Shown one piece after another: positions 25,446 through 37,864 of a DNA stretch of 64,000 nucleotides. The translations under genes and the position numbers were made by a program. This stretch comes from Tubiluchus corallicola (lineage: Eukaryota > Animalia > Priapulida): positions 186,001 through 250,000 of the forward strand of contig JAQGDQ010000014.1 in assembly GCA_030141605.1 (NCBI GenBank), read 5' to 3'. How positions within the stretch are numbered: position 1 is the first letter of the stretch; the number at the start of each line of letters is the position of its first letter. A model generated the notes under the pieces. That model made no database searches, was not told where the DNA came from, and saw only the letters and a list, made by a program, of their open reading frames with translations.

Positions 25446-26602
25446 CTCTGTAGGTTGAACAAGAAAATACTAAAAATAATAGTGACATATCAATTAATAA
25501 AAGAGTAATTAGTAACAAAAATGTTACCTATTATTATGTATGTTACATACTATTAAGAGTTGAATGGTATGGGGAGGATTATTAAAGAACAAAGTGATTA
25601 TCTTATAAAAGCTGCAGTAGCCGAAATCGGCTTAAAAACCGGTTGCTGTCAGTTCGCACTTTAAAGGAAAACTGCAACCAGTGTTAAAGTGAAAGTCAAA
25701 ACAATCTACTATTTACTTACTTGAAAGAATTGTTTCTGCACAAACATAATTTCATGTTTACGCCGTTAGTACTTTGCGGTTACATGCATTTCACCATTCA
25801 CTAGTTAGACGGGCACTAGCGCCTGCATTTCGGAAAAACAGATGCTATACATCTCAGTTCAGAGTGTTCAATTGTGATGTAGTACACACGTTTAATAACT
25901 CATTAGTGAGCACAGTGGTAAATTTGAAATTTGGATTTTTATCTTAAAACTTGCCAAGTTTTTTAGTATATCACACTAGATGTTGACAAGTAGTATTGTA
26001 CTTCAATTCTCGCTTTTGCAAACATGTGCAACATGTATAGTATAAATGCAGTAAAAACATAGAGTAAGTTCTGAAACCATTTTTTAATTCAAAAGAAAAT
26101 CAACATTTTTGTAATGCACAAATAACAGCTAACCTTGCTAGTACCACGTATCAACTTGAAACCTGTCCTGGTTTGCACATGCACAAAATAAACCTAGAAC
26201 CTGTATCTGTTATGTTAGGTTTCCAGCAACATGCTTGTGGAATGTTTGTGCTGTTAAAAATTATGTTCATTTGTGATGTCATAAATAGTTGTACTCGCCT
26301 GCCGTTAATTAAGATTTTAACGAAACATTTTTGCAGTATTATTGGTGTCAAAATGTATATTTTTTACCATACTTGAAAATGAGGTAGGACACAAAAATCA
26401 TCCTATCATCCTTTAATACGGAAAAACGAGAAAATGTTACTAAACAGACTGCACAAACTACAAAAGTAAAAACTACTAATGACTTAATCTCTTTGCTTTA
26501 ACTGCTTACACAACCTGCAGAATAAGCTGAAGTTCAACTTGTAAGGCGTGTTGATGTTTTACACACAAAACTGAACTGAAACTTAAACCTTTTCAACATC
26601 AC

Positions 26603-26716
26603 CAGACAGTCTAGTGACTTTTTGATATTGCTGCGATGATGGGGCTGAATCTAAGCAATCAAAGCAGTCGCTTTCAAGAAGATAATTCCATTGCTGAGAA
26701 TAGGCCACTCTATTTT
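26603..26716 (-). CDS. Possible second coding exon of the EGF-repeat protein
   Basis: Open phase 1-1 reading ENRVAYSQQWNYLLESDCFDCLDSAPSSQQYQKVTRLS between aactag and gtgatg; weak acceptor, no domain match. Confidence 0.4.
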
Positions 26717-28019
26717 CTAGTTTTATAATTTTTCACACACCTTTATCAGTTACCTTTAATTACAGTTCCAGTTTAATTAATAAGTGGTAAAATAGTAATT
26801 TTTGTGGCACTGGTATGTGCTAGTTAGCTTTGTAGAGACATTTTAAACATTTTTAGATCATTTTGTCCATATATTCACATAAACATCAAACATAAATATA
26901 AAATTTACTCAAATACAATTGAAATTTTACACATGTAAAAGCACGGACTTATAATTACAAAAAAAAATTGTAGAATAATTAGGGAAAAAACTTACATGAA
27001 AAAAGTTTATTGTAGCATAAAGTGGAGAAGATTGGGTAAATATTCAACTTAATTCCTAAAAAAGTCAAAGGTCTACTTAATAGTCGTTTAAGAATATCAC
27101 ATCTACTTTATCACATTCAGGTAATTTACATGTTCATAATTTGTTCAATTTCAATTTGATTTGACCTTGCCATAAATTTCAGTCTCGGTAAATTTAGTTG
27201 CTCCATTTACAAATGCTTATAGATATGTAGACAGTCGAAAATATATGCATGCATCATTTTTGTTATGTAGCAAAATCGCGTGAAAATATTGCTTATTTAA
27301 TTGCTACAGTTTATTCTTGCTTATTTTATTTTATTTATAGTTTTGTTATTGCTTTTTTGCTTTATTTGCTTTGCATAGTTTATTTTGCAGATTGATTAAA
27401 ATGGTCAAAACTATTCTGCATTGTAAAACTGAACATAAGCACTTAACTGATATTAATATTCCATTTTTTAGGTTTTTGCATTGTACAGTTTAGTGCTTGC
27501 TGATCATTGAATTAGTTCTTATAAATTAACCTTTTGTAGAATGATACCATAATATCAAAATTTGCTCCTAAATTTCAGTAGTCACTATTGGAATCCTATT
27601 TATTTTATTTAATATACTAGCTGATCCTAATGTCCATTGTTTTTCCTTCGTCATCACAATCAACATTGCATTATGTGTTTGCTTAATTGCATATGATCGT
27701 TTGCATGAGTAAGTTGATAATTATATTTTGCTTTAATTACTTTTTGTTCTTCCTGATTGCTTGAAATTCATGATTTACTTTACTGCTCAATTTGTTTACT
27801 TGTAACTGAACAGCTACATTTTACTTTATTTCATTTCATAATAAGCATGCATCACTTGTAATTTTAATATCTCCACTAAATAAGAACAGTTTGACTTGAT
27901 GACCTCTTTCGGTCTTTCACCATCCGTTTTCCACATCTCTTAAATGACTTAATATTGTACTAATTTATGATGTTTGTACATATGCAAAAAACTATATCTG
28001 AATCTAACAGTTAAGCAAC

Positions 28020-28110
28020 CTGTTTCATCTATCTTGTATCCAAGTGCAGGTATGATGTAAAACACAGCTGCTGTCAATATAATCCATAATACATGCGCAT
28101 AAAAATCCAT
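28020..28110 (-). CDS. First coding exon of the EGF-repeat protein (signal peptide)
   Basis: MDFYAHVLWIILTAAVFYIIPALGYKIDET: hydrophobic core ending ALG; phase-1 gttgct donor; upstream tttcgtag acceptor implies 5' UTR exons. Confidence 0.75.
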
Positions 28111-28242
28111 ATCCTTTTATCCTGGTTCTACGAAAAAAACAGTCACTAATTACATAACTGTTTTAGATACAAGTGACATTTGCAAAGCTACATTTTGGAA
28201 TACTAGCAACAACAGTATTTAATTACTAACAAACTTTGAAAA

Positions 28243-28244
<2 letters not shown>

Positions 28245-28326
<82 letters not shown>

Positions 28327-28336
28327 GAGAGACAGA
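28245..28336. repeat. (GA)n/(GACA)n microsatellite
   Basis: Direct reading. Confidence 0.95.
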
Positions 28337-29742
28337 GGGGAGATTTACTTTTATTTACACTTATTTTTTCACTGCTTATTGATCAAATAATCTATTTACA
28401 CTTAGCTTTACAATGCTTTTTGACTGAATAATCTATTTGACATGTTTTTACAGTTCAATAATTGAAGAGTAGTAAAACAAGTTCTAGGATGTAATTAATA
28501 AAACATTAATTACCTTATGTTTTATATTTTAGGCAACAGATCACATAAATTAAGATTATAACCAAATTTAGTCATAAATAGTTACCTCATTTCTTCATGA
28601 ATTTCTACATATTATGACCAAATGTTCTGTAATGTAGATGAAAGAGGAATTTAGGGTCATGTGTCTCGATTTATCCAGCTATTAATTCTTCTTTGTTCAT
28701 CTGTTCTATAAGAAAAGTTTATTATGGATCATTAAATTAAAAATATTTATTAATACAACTTAATTAGCATAGTTAGTGTTCCTCGGCCAGTTAGGTGGCT
28801 TGCCGTATGATTTACAAGTTATACTATTTCTGCCATTTGTACAAGTTTGTATAAGTACTTTGTACGTAGGGATACCTATATAAAAAAATGTGTCATTGTG
28901 AAAAATCAGTGAAAGATAATAAAAAATCAACGTGTTAGGAAAATTTAACAGGCATACATATTTCACAGTTTTATACAGTAATACCAATTAACATTCCTAT
29001 ATGGCACTTAACGCTTAGACAAGCGGACACTATAATATTGCCCACGTTTCGTCGGTGCTGGAGTCACATCACCGTATTGTCTTTAACGACTTGTATTTCA
29101 GCTTTTGTGAAGAATTTTACCATTGTAATAAACAGCTCATATTGCGTTGATTTAAGCATTTACTCAACATTTTGTCGATAGACATTGATGTGGAGATATA
29201 ATTATTATAGTTCTATCGTCATGTCCGGTTCTTCAATTACTTAACATAGCAGTGACACTACATCCTCATGTATTCTTTGCATTACTCTCCATTATATTGT
29301 AACACCATCCAGTCTTATTATTACTACTAGTAGTAGCACCTTACAAAAATTTGAAAGAGAACTTACACACTGACGTTCGCATTCTCCATGAACCATCATC
29401 ATCATAATTACATTACGCCTGTTGTAGACATTAGGCACACAGAATTCTAAAATAAAGGAAATCTGTCCTCAAGACACGTAAACACAGTAGTAGTCCATAA
29501 AAAACTAGACACTGTTATACCAGTGGCTTATCAGCACCTGAATCGAAACTCGAAAGCCTTGATTCGTTCATGGCTTTGCGTTCCTTGGTTACCTAGCAAA
29601 TCAATCTACTTTGCGCTATACCATGCGCAGTTTACTGCCAGTGAAGTACGGGCCTAAACCTAACGCATGCGTGAAAAAACGTAACCCGACAGCTGCATGC
29701 ATATAAAATTTGAATATGTTTTGAATAAATGCACTTAGACAT

Positions 29743-29941
29743 CAGGGCCGTACTCGGCTTTTGAAAAGTGGTCCGGCCACAGATACGGAACAGGTAGAAG
29801 AAGAATATACCAGCAACATATAGAAGAGTATATTATAATTTATAATACAGAGTTATAATATAAATAATGAAGGGGAGATGTCTAGGCACGTATGGCAGAA
29901 AAAGTGGTCCGGCCATGGCCGGACCGCCGACTACGGCCTTG
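29743..29941. mobile_element. hAT-like MITE with 5-bp TSD
   Basis: TIR CAGGGCCGTA / TACGGCCTTG; internal AAAAGTGGTCCGGCCA twice; GACAT immediately on both sides. Confidence 0.7.
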
Positions 29942-30138
29942 GACATTCGTTACTTTGTAGTAAAGTCGTAACGTTGAGTTTGCTTATATAATTATGTATA
30001 CAAGAAGCTTTGTGTTTTTTGTATATTTTAACGCACTAATTCACTAGAACTTTGTCATCTGTTGTGCACAGATTTTAATGTTTAGTTTGGTGTCTAATTT
30101 TTGTGAACGTTGAATTAATATGGTCTTTTGACAATAAA

Positions 30139-30166
30139 TTACTACTGCTACTACGGCTACTACTAT

Positions 30167-30201
<35 letters not shown>

Positions 30202-30207
30202 CTATTA

Positions 30208-30238
<31 letters not shown>

Positions 30239-30246
30239 GACGACGA

Positions 30247-30338
<92 letters not shown>

Positions 30339-30347
30339 GTCTACTAC
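30139..30347. repeat. (CTA)n/(CGA)n compound microsatellite
   Basis: Direct reading. Confidence 0.95.
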
Positions 30348-30354
30348 GCTAATT

Positions 30355-31830
30355 CACCCAATGTCGTCAGCATATTGTTGGTGACTTATAGGAATGGCTT
30401 ATAGGAACCTGGTGCAGGATAAGTACGATCAACCTTCAACCATATAGGCAGGGAGATTTTTTCGGAATCGTGGCATCATAATCATGATCTGTAAAAGAAA
30501 CATCTTCGCTTTGGAGTGCATTGGCTATAGGTACAACTTGAAAAACCCTGGGCTGAGGCAGTCAAATTGAGCAACACCGACGTTAGTTTTAATAGCTCTT
30601 CGTATAGGCCGCATTGTCTAGTTCTACATGAAGCCTGATTTCTATAAGTAGGATTGTTATCATGTGTAATTTATTTGTTCTAAAACTGATTTTAAATTAT
30701 CAATATTATTCCTCTATCAACAGTATCAAATGCCTTGCTCATATCAAGTAGTAATAGTATTAGAGTAACTGAATAAAAAATAGAAGTTACAGCTTTTTCG
30801 GCTAAGATTTTTGCAGACATGATTAATTCTGTAGTGCTCCTTCCTTCTCTATATTACGTTTATGTAATTGGCATAGCGTTGTTGAATCTGAGATGTATGC
30901 GTGTAATTTGTAGGTTGCTACTTATTTTGAAGTTTTATTCGTGTGACGGTATTTCTGAGTTACTATAAATATATACTTATAATATTCCCAAACAGCTTGT
31001 GGTGCGTTAGAGTTGCTTAGTATTGGTTGCTATGTATTTAAGTTCTACTTATGTTTACATTGGTCTTCAGGTTTTCTGCTATGTCACGACGTAATTTCTT
31101 ATGATGGCGCAATAGCCAACAGATAACGCGTAGATTTACAGATCGTGCAGTTACGAGTTCGTTACTATTCATTCATTTTTGGAGCCACACGTCCTCTGAC
31201 ATGACTCTTGCAATCATTGTAAAGCATGCTGCCCTGTCACCCGCAACCTCCCTCCTCTCTTTATTTTTGGTATCTAATGGTGTGTTGATAAGACCTTTTT
31301 GGAATGAAATTAAAATCAGCAGCTGTCCTCTTTCTACATTGCTTCTTAAAATGCTAATTTTAATGGTCCGTCTTCTGGTAGTCGTATAGCATATTCAAAC
31401 GATCATAATCTTCTCCTTTTGATTTTAACATTCCTCTGCTTTGACTTTATTATACAGATCCTAGTTTGATATTTCCTTTAGCCATTTTATTCCTAGATTC
31501 TAGAATGTTCCTATAGTTTCTTCTTCGAAATGCTGAAATGCGTCTATTTCTGATTTGTGATCTGTTTTGATTGTCAACAATTCTGAGTTGTGGAGAAACA
31601 CTGTTTCCACAAATGCATCAAATATTTTTAATTTTATTTCTAGACTGATCCACTTACTTTTAAATTTTTTTGTTAAATTTAGAATATGCAGCTAGTGCTA
31701 AGATTTAACTTCTTGGTATATATTCATCTGTTGCTAGGAGGCTGCCTAAATATTTACATTTTCTCCAGGCATCATCTCCATTTCCTTTTTATGTGATACT
31801 CTTCTGTTTTATCTTTGTTTAATTTGAGAT
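30355..31830 (-). mobile_element. Decayed non-LTR retrotransposon (RTE-like) reverse-transcriptase fragments
   Basis: Minus-strand translations EGRSTTELIMSAKILAEKA, LLLDMSKAFDTVDR, KTNVGVAQFDCLSPGFF and QYADDI (31030 to 30355), plus WRKCKYLGSLL (~31770); many stops. Confidence 0.8.
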
Positions 31831-34800
31831 AAATTTGTTTAATCGGGGACGCAACGGAAACAAAAGCTTTAGAGTACAAAGAATTAGTGACAGGGTCGGC
31901 ATTTTAGTTAGATAATCCTTTAGTAGAATTTAGGCAATTTTAGTGTTATTATGAAGCCCATTTTAAACATTTTTATTAGATCACTATTAAAAATAATTGC
32001 CAGTTAACTACGCAATTAACCACTTTATGCTCGACCAATTTAGTTTGCCAAAAGCAGGAAAAGTTTGCAACACTTTTGAGCTTCGCGACGAAAAGTTGAC
32101 CGGTAGACAAAGACGATCGACTAAGTAAAGGTCCATCGAAGTAGTCGACCAGGAAAATTGAAAATGGTATTTTAGACATTTAGTCTGCAAAACCACCATT
32201 TTGACCGACATTTTTGAAATGTTGCTGCTGCCACGTACAAAACAGTAAAGCTGCTCGGTCAAGGAAATGCTGATACTAGATAATGTTAATCTAAACATAA
32301 TATGTTTAGTCGTCGTCGTCGTCATCATCATCATCATCATCATCGTCACTACCACCATTATGATTAGGATCCGATAATGACTTTTTGGGACCCCTAGGCT
32401 AATGAAATTATTGGGCCTCAAACGGAGATACCCTCGAACTCACCCACACCCGTCTTAGAACATTTTTTTCGTGATATGTATTTTACTGGCATTTACATGG
32501 CTTGAAGTAAGCTTACTGTAAATTCTTAAATAAACTAGAATAGTTATCTTTTGTTAGTCAACAAAAATTTTCTTCAAGAAATACCACTATTATACTATTT
32601 ATCGCAAAATAAATTAGCACGTGTTTCAATACACAGTGAAAAACAGATTTTTTGACAATCTTTTAGCAGGTCCTTCAAGCTGCGATAGGCCCTAGGTTGC
32701 CACCTATACTAGCCTATAGGATAATACGCTCATGATTACGATAAACATCGTAATCATCATTATCATCGTCGTCGTCGTCGTCATCGTCATCATCGTCATC
32801 ATGACAAAGTTCAAAATTCGAAACTGTTTACCTTTTGGTTAATTTTCAGCTGCGTTTCACTCTTGCAGGGATCGTGAGCGTATTTGTGACGTCATGCCTG
32901 TAGGCGCATTTTCGCTAAGCCAAAGAACACATGCATGTGACAAAAATTTAGTCGTTTGAAAGCATACTACGAGAGAATGATTGTTAAATGAATTTTTGCA
33001 ATCTGTGGCCAGGCCTGGCAGTGAGGAGGGGTGAAATTTTGACCTTCGATGCTGAATGCGCCAACTATGTGTTGTAGCACATCATTTGAAAGCTCGCAGG
33101 AAGAGGAATTGAACAGTGATGTTCATTTCAAAAAGTTTGCTATCTGTGTGCTAGTTAGCTGTGGGAGTCGGAATAGGAAAGAGTTAAAATGCAGCCGTTT
33201 ACTGGTAATGTATCGTTGTTCAAAGTATTGAACTGCTGGTGGCACCTCGCCACCCGGGGGTGGTTCGGGCCTGCAGATACGGAGGCGGAGCAGCCTATTA
33301 ATGATTTCCACACAACCACAATTAAACTGAATTAAATAACGCTGAAGATTTAACTGGAAAGAGATTTAAATATTACAAAGCCTAAACTAATAACTATGAC
33401 ATGATTTTAAACAAATAAAAGAAAATCAGAACAAAGAAGTAAAGTGGAGAGACTTGCCATATAACGGGTAGTAAGAGAGCTCTAAATCTCATGGAAGAAA
33501 CACAAGCATAAGCACCACCAACTCTGTACCCGATTACCTGATTAGCACCAGTAACCCGATTACCACTGTAGCTCACCCTCCTTTTATAACCTTCCCCAAA
33601 CTAGTGTACATGTCAGAAATAGCGCTAAAATGAAACCTGATTGGTTGAAACTAAAATGTGTGAAGATTTAGCCAATAAGAACCGAAATATTTGTAGAAGA
33701 ATAATTTAGAAGACTTAGGTTTGAACTACTTGTACTTTTAGGGGTGACATGTAACACTAGTTTGGTAACCATGCTGTACTTTGGAATAAAGGTAGAGGTA
33801 TAGTATGTTTTATATTGGACGGACGCTTGTTTACGTGCATGAGTTGACCTCAGGCTAAAGGTCACTTGTATGTCAAAAAAGCAAATACGTAATTTTAGGT
33901 ATTATTAATTAAAGCAGTGTCACTTTAAATGTAATAAATAGTGTCGAATTTACCTGCACAGTTTTGTAAGCCATGTATCCTTTTCCTTCTAGTGAATATT
34001 TTAACAGTTAGCACAAAATAATGTTTCCAGTACATATGGGTATATCAATTGGCTTTTGAAAAACGAGCTACTGATAACTCCCTAGTACTGTGCAGCTATG
34101 TCGCATAGTATTACGAGGATGTGAATTTTGCTGAACTTTATGGCTGGTAATCGAGCAAGTAACAAAAAGAGTTTAAATTAGCTATAATTTATAACATGCT
34201 TTTACACCATTATGTTCTCTCAGCATCTAAAATAGTAATGCTAGTAGAATCGTAGAATAATAATACGATGTATAAACTCAATACCAACAACAACGTGAAA
34301 ACAGTGCGGCTAATTTATTGTTGCTGTTTTCTCTTATTTTTTATGCTTTAATATTATCATAATTTAGCCGTAGCGAACAAAACAGATACTTAACTGCTTA
34401 AAAGTAAAAACAACAACTCTTAAATTCAATCACTTTTAGCTTAGCAATCGTTTCTTGTATACAACATTGAATATACAAAACGATAATCCGAGAATAAAAA
34501 ATGTGCAAACACTGAAACCGTAATTAAATTCATTTGATTATGGGGAAAACGAATTTTTATCATGGTTGAATGAAGAGAAATCAAGGTAAAGCTACAAAAT
34601 TTTGGTAGATTGGAATCGTTACAGTGTTTAACTATAGTTTCCAGCGTTGTAGACATGAAAAATGGCCTCATTACGTGATTATTTAGACAGAGTGGCGCTG
34701 AATAGAATGAGATTCACACCAATGAATTCTAGCTTTCAAGACATCGTTGTTATGTTACTTTAAAAGAAATGACTATTGAATATATAAACCAATATGAACA

Positions 34801-35098
34801 AATTAATCGATGTCGTCCAAAAAACTATCGTGGAAAGTAACAAAGCAGTAAGCAAGAAGAAGAATATCTACTAGTGACTTTTCTCCTGCTGGTATTCAGT
34901 GCTGGAATCGTAGAAGCGTTATAAGGTATTAGTAAGCCTCTTGCAGTTTGCGTTTAATGACTGACTGACTAATTCACTGATTTACCAATGAGAAGCTTAG
35001 ATAATATCTAAGAATAAACCTAACGTTATAAAGGTCAGTTTGCCCGATAATAACAGCGATTAAGGGTTCTTCATCACAGTAAACGTCATTTTCTCTGT

Positions 35099-35326
35099 TC
35101 ACACCACTCGACATGGTTGGCATTCGCATTTCACAATGTATCTGTACGTTGCGTAGACATTACTTCCATTGTCACAGTCAAGTCTGACGGCTTTCATCAC
35201 AGATAATCGATCTCTACACAATGTGCACGTGTATTTAAAGGGCTGTGTCAAAATAGGCTCGAACGTTACTTGTGGAGTTGCACTTGTCTTCTTGCAACTT
35301 CCTTCACATCTGGTCATCAGAACATT
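35099..35326 (-). CDS. NDP: Norrin (Norrie disease protein) homolog, last coding exon
   Basis: tttacaag acceptor; NVLMTRCEGSCKKTSATPQVTFEPILTQPFKYTCTLCRDRLSVMKAVRLDCDNGSNVYATYRYIVKCECQPCRVV*; cystine-knot CxGxC and CxC; Norrin-like QPF, KAxRL and ATYRYI motifs. Confidence 0.92.
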   Translation of the reverse strand, partial: NVLMTRCEGSCKKTSATPQVTFEPILTQPFKYTCTLCRDRLSVMKAVRLDCDNGSNVYATYRYIVKCECQPCRVV

Positions 35327-36094
35327 CTTGTAAAAAAAGAAAAGAAATTACTCTTTGGTTTATTCAGAAGAATTAGCGAGTAAACACTGCATAAAATGAC
35401 AATAATTTAGCTATCAGAAACGTTCAGTCTTGGCATAAAATAAATATACATGTAACATCAACAGTGTTTAGTGTTAGCTTGCACAATAAACATGACTTCT
35501 TATTACTAATACATTATATTACGCCTAATATGCGCCATTAATGTAATGATTACTACTGTCGATGTCGTTGTTGCTGTAGTTGCGCTGCTGCTGTTGCTCC
35601 TGCGACTGTTGCTGCCTGCTGCTACTGCTGATGTTGCAGTTATTACTGCTGTTGTTGTTGCTGCTATTGCTGATAATGAAAATGTATATTAAAGTCTTAC
35701 AGTAACTATGCAACTACAGCTACCTGCTACAGAATTTAACTAGGTGGACAAAGTAAATAAGTAAGTTTATTTTACGTCGATCTTCATTACTTATAAGGAA
35801 CATGTCCACAAGGGACTATTCAATGGACTAAAAATTATAACAACTACAAATTAAAACAGTAAATAAAGGCTTAATTAAGACTTACATCGGACATACATAG
35901 GCACTATAATATTGACAGCAATATTGCGCAAATGTTCTTTTAGTCATACACAATAGATGAATGAAATATTGCGCAATGGTCAATATTCAGCCTGCGTGTG
36001 CTCCCTAATACTGTTATCATAATACTGAATAAATACTGATCACACGTACTGTATGTCTTGCATATACGAAATAAAGAAATAACAATAACAATAT

Positions 36095-36182
36095 TGATGA
36101 TGATGATGATGATGATGATGACGATGACGATGACGACGAGGACGACAACGACGATAATGTTGTGCAGGAAGAGGAGGAGGAG
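36095..36182. repeat. (GAT/GAC)n microsatellite region
   Basis: Direct reading. Confidence 0.9.
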
Positions 36183-36657
36183 GGCAATAATGATTGCACC
36201 TACAGCTGCTGTTACTGCTCTTATTTATAGTGCTGCTTTTACTGGTATAGAGAAAGTGTACAGTGCCCTTGCATCTATTGTTTGAACTGAATATCGATCA
36301 AAATCTAGTAATAGGTGGTAGATTTATTTAAACAAAATAAATGCTGTTCAGCTCATATGGTTTAATATAGGTGCCTACTCAAAAATGCTATAGCTACATA
36401 GCCACAATTAGGGAATAAAGCAATAAAATGCATAGAACAACAATGTCTATTTTAGCTTTAGTTTAATACATATACCTTACATGTTATTCGTTGTTGTATG
36501 TTGAGTCCTTAAAAGAATTGTTGTAACTGTAAGTTATAAATAGTGCTACTGTTGTCTGTCAAATGAGCAATGGTAAAAAGTGTTGTTTTTGTCTTTTTAG
36601 CAAACATAAACGGTGTGCGGTATTTGCCACTGCTCAGCAGTTACAATCTAATTTTAC

Positions 36658-36810
36658 CTTACGAGTGCAGTTAAGATGAGGATGAGCAATCGTTTCTACA
36701 ATGTAATGCTTTTGACAAGATCGTCTTGACTCAGCTCTTCCAATTTCTAGCAATGCTGCCCATAGAGTAATCAGCAACCAAGGATTGATAGGCAGTCGAC
36801 TCAACTTACT
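36658..36810 (-). CDS. NDP: Norrin homolog, middle coding exon (signal peptide and N-terminal knot strand)
   Basis: ttttccag acceptor, gtaaaa donor, phase 0-0; SKLSRLPINPWLLITLWAALLEIGRAESRRSCQKHYIVETIAHPHLNCTRK aligns without gaps to vertebrate [20 protein letters not shown] (recalled). Confidence 0.9.
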
Positions 36811-37354
36811 CTGGAAAACAACAACAACAACACAAACATTATAATAAACTACAAACAAGGACAATTTCTTACCTTTACTAACATGTTGGACGTGCAATTA
36901 GCTTTCGCACAATCATCTGAGCGTACAGACTTATTTTAGCTTTTAACGTATTTCAAAAAAGTTAGACGCCCTTATCTTGCATTTTGTTAGACCTAAGTGA
37001 TGCTCATATTTTCCCGCAACCTTAAATTTAATTACGCTATTAATTATGATACAGAATTTTACTGATTATTACACATATGCACTTAGTTTTGTCCACACAA
37101 CAATGTCATCGTCTTAGCACTTCTTCGCTGTCTTAGTATTCATTTAATTATTTGTAAATGCGAAAATGTTGTGAATAATCTCTGTGTGTCCTAGTTTATT
37201 AATTTCCACATGTGTTGTATATTATTGACACATAAATAATGCAGTATGTAGTATACATTTTTATGTGCAATGTACTTTTACTTTGCATACATGAGTTTTT
37301 AGTTGGTATGTTTTATATGTCTATCAATTTTTCTGTCCCTGTGTTTGCCTGTCG

Positions 37355-37452
37355 ATCCATCCATCCAACCATCCATCCGTCCATCCGTCCATCTGTCCAT
37401 CCATCCATCCATCATCCATCCATCCATCCATCCATCCATCCATCCATCCATC
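37355..37452. repeat. (ATCC)n microsatellite
   Basis: Direct reading. Confidence 0.95.
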
Positions 37453-37734
37453 TATCTAAAGGTGTTCTGCCCCGAGACCATGTACAGCCTACCTTACTCA
37501 ACTCGTGCCAGTTAGATAGTTTCTTGTTCGCCAAATGGGTTTTAAACAGGAGGTCAGCAGCTCCAGGTTAACAGGACAACTGAACGCAGAGTCGACCGTT
37601 AAAGGAAACACAAAATTTTTGTTGACTAGGAAGTTTAAAGATTAAAAAAGTTAAAATACAATATTAAAAACATCCACGGACTACAAAAATATTTACAAGA
37701 CAAAATTAATTTGTAGGTAAATAATTTAAAACGC

Positions 37735-37767
37735 ATTATTATTAAACATTATTATTACTATTACTAC

Positions 37768-37864
<97 letters not shown>
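37735..37864. repeat. (TTA)n microsatellite
   Basis: Direct reading. Confidence 0.95.

Noticed and set aside
24999-25822. Exon-like blocks at ~25000-25217 and ~25721-25822 within the EGF gene
   Set aside because: Stops in the reading phases needed to join the neighbouring exons
30103-30352. Poly-Y/T/L ORFs (similar ones at 43946-44144, 45033-45359 and 37239-37571)
   Set aside because: Microsatellite translations
33230-33297. HDV-like ribozyme
   Set aside because: The nested double-pseudoknot pairing (P1, P1.1, P2, P3, J4/2) could not be built on either strand
35099-36897. Glycoprotein hormone, bursicon or DAN-family assignment
   Set aside because: Cys spacing, the HP-xx-xC, QPF and ATYRYI motifs and the intron position fit Norrin better
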